Below, piece by piece: positions 57,848 to 64,000 of a stretch of DNA of 64,000 nucleotides. The DNA is taken from contig OZ231126.1 of assembly GCA_965153355.1 (NCBI GenBank), positions 41,354,001-41,418,000 on the forward strand, given 5' to 3'. The DNA is from Flaccisagitta enflata. Taxonomy: Eukaryota. Both the position numbers and the translations under genes were made by a program. The number at the start of each line of letters is the position of its first letter. Within the stretch, counting starts at the first letter, position 1. The notes beneath the pieces are model-generated. The model was not told where the DNA came from, did no database searches, and saw nothing but the letters and a program-made list of their open reading frames with translations.

Positions 57848-58339
57848 TCAGCTGCATCTAAGAATTCCTCGGATATCGTTGATGCGGAGAATCAATGAGA
57901 AATAAATTGACATCGAAATTAAGAGTTTTGGACTTTCACCCAGATATCCCCATTGCTCAAACTGTTCCACGCGTTCAACGTTTTCGCAAACAGGTAAGAA
58001 AAACAAGTTCAATTCAGATAAAAGAAAAACACGAAATCACATGGAACCTTCTCATAAGAATTTTTTAGGAGCTCGCAGCTGAAACTTTTTTTGCCAGATC
58101 TGCATTCATTCCCCAAACATGGCCGAGTGATCCGGTGCATTCTTTTTTCTTCGTTATGAAAAAGAAAAGAAAAAAAATCATACTGTGCAATCGTATTCTT
58201 CGTAGTTTGAAATGATCAAATTGAATCAAAAATCTTTGTTGAGTGATTTAGAATTTAAGATAATACACTCATTTAGGCTCTTGAAGCAATCTTTTCAGAG
58301 ATGTTTGAATGTGCCGCATTGAGGCAAAAGTATTTCGAC

Positions 58340-58821
58340 TTAATTTGCCGTAATCAGCTCCCAGATTTGAATTTGCCGTAATGCGGCGTAGCCTTTCTTC
58401 TGATTCTCACCCACGGTCGAGATCTTTAGGCCCAAACAGCGGTAATTTTCACATTTTCGATTCATATCCACTTTGCATCCTCGCGATTCGGTCAACGAAG
58501 CGATCTGCTCTTGGAATCGACCGTCGCAAAGAACTTCCCATTTGGATTCGACGCGACAATCGAGGTCGTTCGTGCCTATGAATTGGAACTCACTCGGCAT
58601 CCATCGAAGCGCACTTTGCAAATATGCGGGCAGAAATGATATTTTGGCCGGGACGTGACCTTTCTCGAACTCGTACCATATGTAGGCCGGCAGTTGGTCC
58701 TTTTTGGAATACCAACGTTTTTGGTAATTGTAGATGAAGACGTTTGCCGGAGGATCCTTGTCCAGGAATGATGAGGCTCCTGCTTTGCCGTCTCCAAAAC
58801 GGAGGTCATTCAATGACTTTC
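58340..58821 (-). CDS. Terminal exon of an uncharacterised Cys-containing protein (possibly a galactose-binding/discoidin F5/8-like jelly-roll domain)
   Basis: Non-repetitive ~160-codon frame after a TTACAG| acceptor (phase 1). The pattern AGASS..PPANVF..WYS..PAYIWYEF...KISF..FQFIG..WEVLC..YRCLGLKI..ALRQIQIW is reminiscent of F5/8-type domains; the fold assignment is inference. Confidence 0.7.
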
Positions 58822-59038
58822 CTGTAATTTGAAGAAGATGTTCAGGCATATTAGGACAAGATCAATTGTAAGTACCTCAATTTTTCGTGAATTTTTCTTT
58901 CATCTATGATGAGAACATATCGACATCCTTGCGTACAAAATTCTATTTCCTTTGTAAATGTCCTGATCTTCACGGGGATCACAATAACATGATGGTTTGA
59001 TCATGTCTTTTTATAAGTATACCGTGATTCATCATCAA

Positions 59039-59210
<172 letters not shown>

Positions 59211-60052
59211 CAACTGTGCTACCTCTTTGTCATTGTGATTGTCGATATTGCGTTGTCGTCGTTTTTGCAAAAGTTGAATCACGGCTTGAGACAAAATGAA
59301 AGAGGGGAGAAAGAGTAGGAGGAGGAAAAAGGAGCAGAAGGAAAAGAAGGAAAAGAAGGAAAATAAGAAAAAGGAGAAGAAGAAGAAGAAGAAAAGGAAA
59401 AATAAAAAGAAAAAGAAAAAGAAGAAGAAGGAAAAGAAAAAGAAAAAGAAGAAGAAGGAAAAGAAAAAGAAAAAGAAAAAGAAAAAAGAAAAAAAAGAAA
59501 AAAAAAAGAAAAGAAAAAGAAAAGAAAAAAGAAAAAGAAAAAGAAAAAGAAAAAAAAGATAGAAAAGAAAAAGAAAAAAAAGAAGGAAAAGAAAAAGAAA
59601 AAGAAAAAAGAAAATGAAAAAAAGAAAAAAAAAGAAAAAGAAAAAGAAAAAGAAAAAGAAAGAAAGAGAAAAAGAAAAAGAAAAAGAAAAAGAAAAAGAA
59701 AAAGAAAAAGAAAAAGAAAAAGAAAAAGAAAAAGAAAAAGAAAAAGAAGAATCACGGCTTGAGATAGAACAAAGGAGGAAGGGAAGAGAAGAAGAAGAAG
59801 GAATAGAAGAAAAAGAGGATGGGATGATGAGGAAAAAGAAAAGGAAAAGGAAAAGGATAGAAATTTAAAAGATTGACGAAAGAAGATATAGCAAAGGGAG
59901 AGAAAGCGAGTTAGAGAGATTGTGAATCTGATTAGGATAAAAGGGGGAGGGACCGCGAGGGCCGCGAGGAATCGAGCAAACAGCCAAAATCCGGTTAGTC
60001 AGATCCAGTGCCATGTCACTGACAAGGAGACGGCTATAAACACTAAGTCAAT

Positions 60053-60212
<160 letters not shown>

Positions 60213-61989
60213 GGAATGAAAGAAAAGAATAAAAGAAGAGAAAGAATGAACGATTGAAGAAAGAAAGAAAGAAAAAACGACAAAAATGATGAGGCATACT
60301 GTGAAGCACCACTAGAGCGCACCCGCTATTGAGGCATGCCCCCCCTATAAGACGTATAACTTGTAGTTCTTTAAAAAAATTTCGTCGTTATGTTAAAGCA
60401 GATCGCTATAAGGCAAAATTTTGACCGGTCTTTTCACATGCCCTTTGGTGAAGCTCAACTGTAGTGAGTTACACCTGCTCACTGTAGTGAGTTACACCTG
60501 CGTGTATCATCAGGCAGAACTGAGGAAAAGTGCTGGAAATTGCTTGTGCCACCATCGGCGACTTGCTAAGGCCTTAAGGGGGATATCCTACTGTTTCATT
60601 ACTCTATTCCCATTTTAATCAGACCGCGTCTCATAAGCCGTGAATTGAGTGGACCGAGAATCATTTTATATCAGCGAAACTTTAGTATATATCGAACAAC
60701 ACCTTTACTCCTTAAGGACTTGAGGTCGGCTTCTATTTTCTCTTTTATCCTCTCTCTGATTTACCTGTTGAACGAATACGTAGGGCTAAACGTGGGCGTG
60801 AAATTCCGTCTTTGTCGCCTCCATCTTCATCCTCACCAGGCCTCATTCTCCTTATCATTGTCCACATTGTCCTCAACGTCGTTATTATTCTCATCCATTT
60901 CATCATTCTCATCTCTCTTATTCTCCTCATGGTCCTCATCGTTGTTATCATTCTCATTCTCATCCACTTCATCCTTCTTATCTTCTTCATTCTCCTCCTT
61001 GTCTTCCTTGTCCTCGTCGTTGCTAACATCCGCATTCACCTCATTCTTTTCATCTTTCTTGTTCTCCGGGCCTGTATATAATTGAAAAAAAATCAGGGTT
61101 TGGAGATGGGGAAGGGAAAGGAAGGGGGAAAAAGAGAAAAAAAGAAAATTTTGGGAAAATATAACTTTTGGCAGTACTAAATCATAAAACTTGATTAGTA
61201 AAACACAACTTAATACTATTTAAACCTTAAATACACTGTTTAATTGCTTTGTTGGGAAGCAAATCATAGATTTTGTAACGCGACGCGATGCATTGTGGGG
61301 AAGAAAATCAAAGGCAGGGGGGGGGTATCAAAAGCCACTCAATTTTATACACCCCTGCATTCTTCTCATCTTTCTCATATCATCATTGTCTTCTATTGTC
61401 TTCGTCGTCGTTATCATTCTCATCCATTTAATCCCTCTCATCTTTCTATTTCTCCTTCTTGTCTTCATGGTCCTCATCGTCGTTATCATTCTCATCCACC
61501 TCATAATTTTCATTTTCATTTTCCTATTGTCTTCAGTGTCCTCATCTTCATTATCTTCCTCATCCACCACATCTTGAGTGAGATGCTTACATAATCCTCG
61601 ACCAAAACCCGACGGAAATAATCCCCTTTGTTTTGATGCCGGAAACGCGATGTGAATCTTGATGCCGGAAATCGGAATCTTGATGCCGGGATGAGCCTTT
61701 AACAACCCCGATTTTATGTATTTCCTCGGCGGCACCAAACTGCCGGCATAAATCTGCCGGTTTTTGAATTGGCCGTTCTTGAATTTGTAAGTAAGCAGAA
61801 ACTGTCGGCGGGTAAACATCGAATCTATGTTGAAAGGGGCGGTCGCATGACGCAATTCGAAGTCGGACACGCGTTCAACATCGTGCGCGGCAATCTTCAT
61901 CGCACGCGCCAGGAAGTTACACAAAAGAACGAGGATGAATTTGTGTGAATTTCAAACGTCAAAGACCGCCGGCAATTCTAACACAATGC

Positions 61990-62570
61990 TAGTGACCGGC
62001 GACCTGCGTCCAGCGGCAAGCGATTGGTAGACTACCAATGGTAGTGAACGGATCCACGGCGAATGGCGACCCGGCTCACCAACGTATGGCGACCTGGCTA
62101 GCCAACCAACAGCGACTTAACGATCGACGGCGACTTGGCTTGCCAACCTATGACGACCTGGTTTGCCGATGAAACCGCGACACCGCCGCCGATCAACAGC
62201 GACCTGGCCTGTCGACCTACGGCAAACTGGATCGCCAAACAACGGCGACTTGGCTTGCCAACCAACGGCGACTTGACTTGCCGACCAATGGCGACTTGTT
62301 TCGCTAACCCATGGCGACCTAGCTTGCCGATGAATCTGCGACCCAGCCACCGATGAATCTGCGACCCCGCCGCCGATCAACTGTGACCCGGCCTGTCGAC
62401 CAACGGCAAACTGGATCGCCGACCAACGGCAACTTGGCTTGCCGACCAACGGTGACTTGACTTTTCGACCAACGGCGACTTGGTTCGCTAACCTATGGCG
62501 ACCTGGCTTGCCGATGAATCCGCGACCCCGCCGCCGATCAACGGTGACCCGGCCCGTCGACCAACGATGA
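61990..62570. repeat. GC-rich degenerate minisatellite (CGACCAACGGCGACTTGGCTTGC-like) with higher-order duplication
   Basis: ~23-bp subunits; the block at ~62150-62330 is repeated at ~62330-62560. Confidence 0.8.
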
Positions 62571-62831
62571 GCGGGTGCCATTGTTCCGCCTGATAAAATC
62601 CCATGAATTGCCTTTTGTCATGCGCATCCTAATCTAGCAGATTAGAAACGAGTGGGCCATTCGACTTACGTGATGGAGCAAGAGGAGCGGGGAAGAGGAG
62701 GGAAAGGGAGGTGAGTGGGTTAAGGTTGAGCAGGAAGAGTGGAAAGAAGTTCGTGAAGGGGAGAAATTTAAACTATTGTAATGTGGAACAGTCATGGCTA
62801 GGTTCGTTGATTTTTTAAAATTGATTGATTG

Positions 62832-62902
<71 letters not shown>

Positions 62903-62992
62903 GGTGAGAGTGGCGTGAAGCAGGGATTAAATGAAATCTTTAACACTGACGTAAAATGAAATTTGTCGGTGACGGATGGGCGTGGATGAGAG

Positions 62993-63038
<46 letters not shown>

Positions 63039-63382
63039 ATCGGTGGCCATTGCGAGGCTAACTGGCCCCAATGATTGACAGGTGAATAGGATTGAGATGG
63101 TAACGGCGTAACAATTGTTGAGTCACTGCTGTAATCGTGATTTCAATGTGTCTCTGTCTTTCTATTGGTTTGTCTATCTGATTCTATCTGTTTGTCTATT
63201 GTATGCCGTTCTGTTAGTCTGTCTATTTACTTTCCCCGCATCTCCAGTAAGGGAGTCGAGTTCGGTCTGCGCTTAATTCAATAAAAAAAGACTAAATTAC
63301 TTTCCATTCTGAGTCTAGAACCTACAAAAAATGCTTACAAAAAAAGATAAGGGCAAATGATTGTTACCTGAATACACGTATA

Positions 63383-63945
63383 CAGTAGATCTCGTCTAGA
63401 CTTGAGATAACGGGGGCAAGCATTGTGGAAAGACGAATGAAGGTAGGGAAGCGATATTTGGATTAAAGACTAATCAAAGGATGCTTAATTCCCCATGATA
63501 GCTGGTTGTCATGGAAACACATTTCCATGTATTCTTGCTAAAATATCAACATTTTCAGAGATTTTTCTAAGGAACATTGCTTAAAATCAAATTTGCTACA
63601 ACTTTCTCATAGTATGTTCTGTAAGAAGGTCGCTCGTTTGGCCGTTGCTAGGTAGCGTATCCATGTGTGACAACCCTTAGCAACCACTAAACGAGCGACA
63701 TTCTTACAGAACATACTGTGGGAAAGTTGTAGCAAATCTAATTTTGAAAAATGTTCCCTCAAAAAATTTCTCAAAATATTGATGTTTTAGCAAAAATACA
63801 TAGAAATGCGTTTCCATGGCAACCAGCTATCATGGGCAATAAAGCATCCCTTTATTAGTCTATGTTTCAAATATCACTCCCCTGGCTTCATTTGTTATTC
63901 TACAATGCTTGCCCCCGTTATATCAAGTCTAGACGAGATCTACTG
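63383..63945. mobile_element. Foldback MITE, TA TSD, almost fully palindromic
   Basis: TA|CAGTAGATCTCGTCTAGACTTGA...TCAAGTCTAGACGAGATCTACTG|TA; inverted arms extend nearly to the centre. Confidence 0.9.
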
Positions 63946-64000
63946 TACCTGTTTAGGTCCGCCACCTGTCCCATTGCAAATTCAATGGGAACACAAAGTC

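Noticed and set aside
57895-57992. Possible + strand exon ending CAG|GTAAGA
   Set aside because: No recognisable product and no compatible partner exon found.

Overview
Eukaryotic, animal (most likely invertebrate) genomic DNA, very rich in microsatellites; I cannot name the species. Most ORF-track entries are translated simple repeats. Genes reconstructed by hand from GT-AG boundaries and intron phases: (1) the 3' end of an AA15-type lytic polysaccharide monooxygenase with a Thr-rich linker and a C-terminal CBM14/peritrophin-A domain (+, 1-2058); (2) a 4-exon Shox/Shox2-class paired-like homeobox gene with an OAR domain (-, 23522-46363, ~901 aa); (3) a 5-exon, 250-aa secreted protein gene of unknown family, nested antisense in the intron that splits the Shox homeobox (+, 30606-35379), which the ORF track does not assemble; (4) a Cys-containing terminal exon of an unknown gene (-, 58340-58821). 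Mobile DNA includes two 5'-truncated LINE copies, many Helentron/HINE-like short elements, several TA-flanked MITEs (some nested), and 80- and 82-bp tandem arrays. There is also a 2.0-kb non-autonomous element with RSS-like CACAGTG/CACTGTG ends, a 5-bp TSD and 22/12-bp asymmetric spacing (Transib/RAG-like). All gene models are predictions without transcript support.
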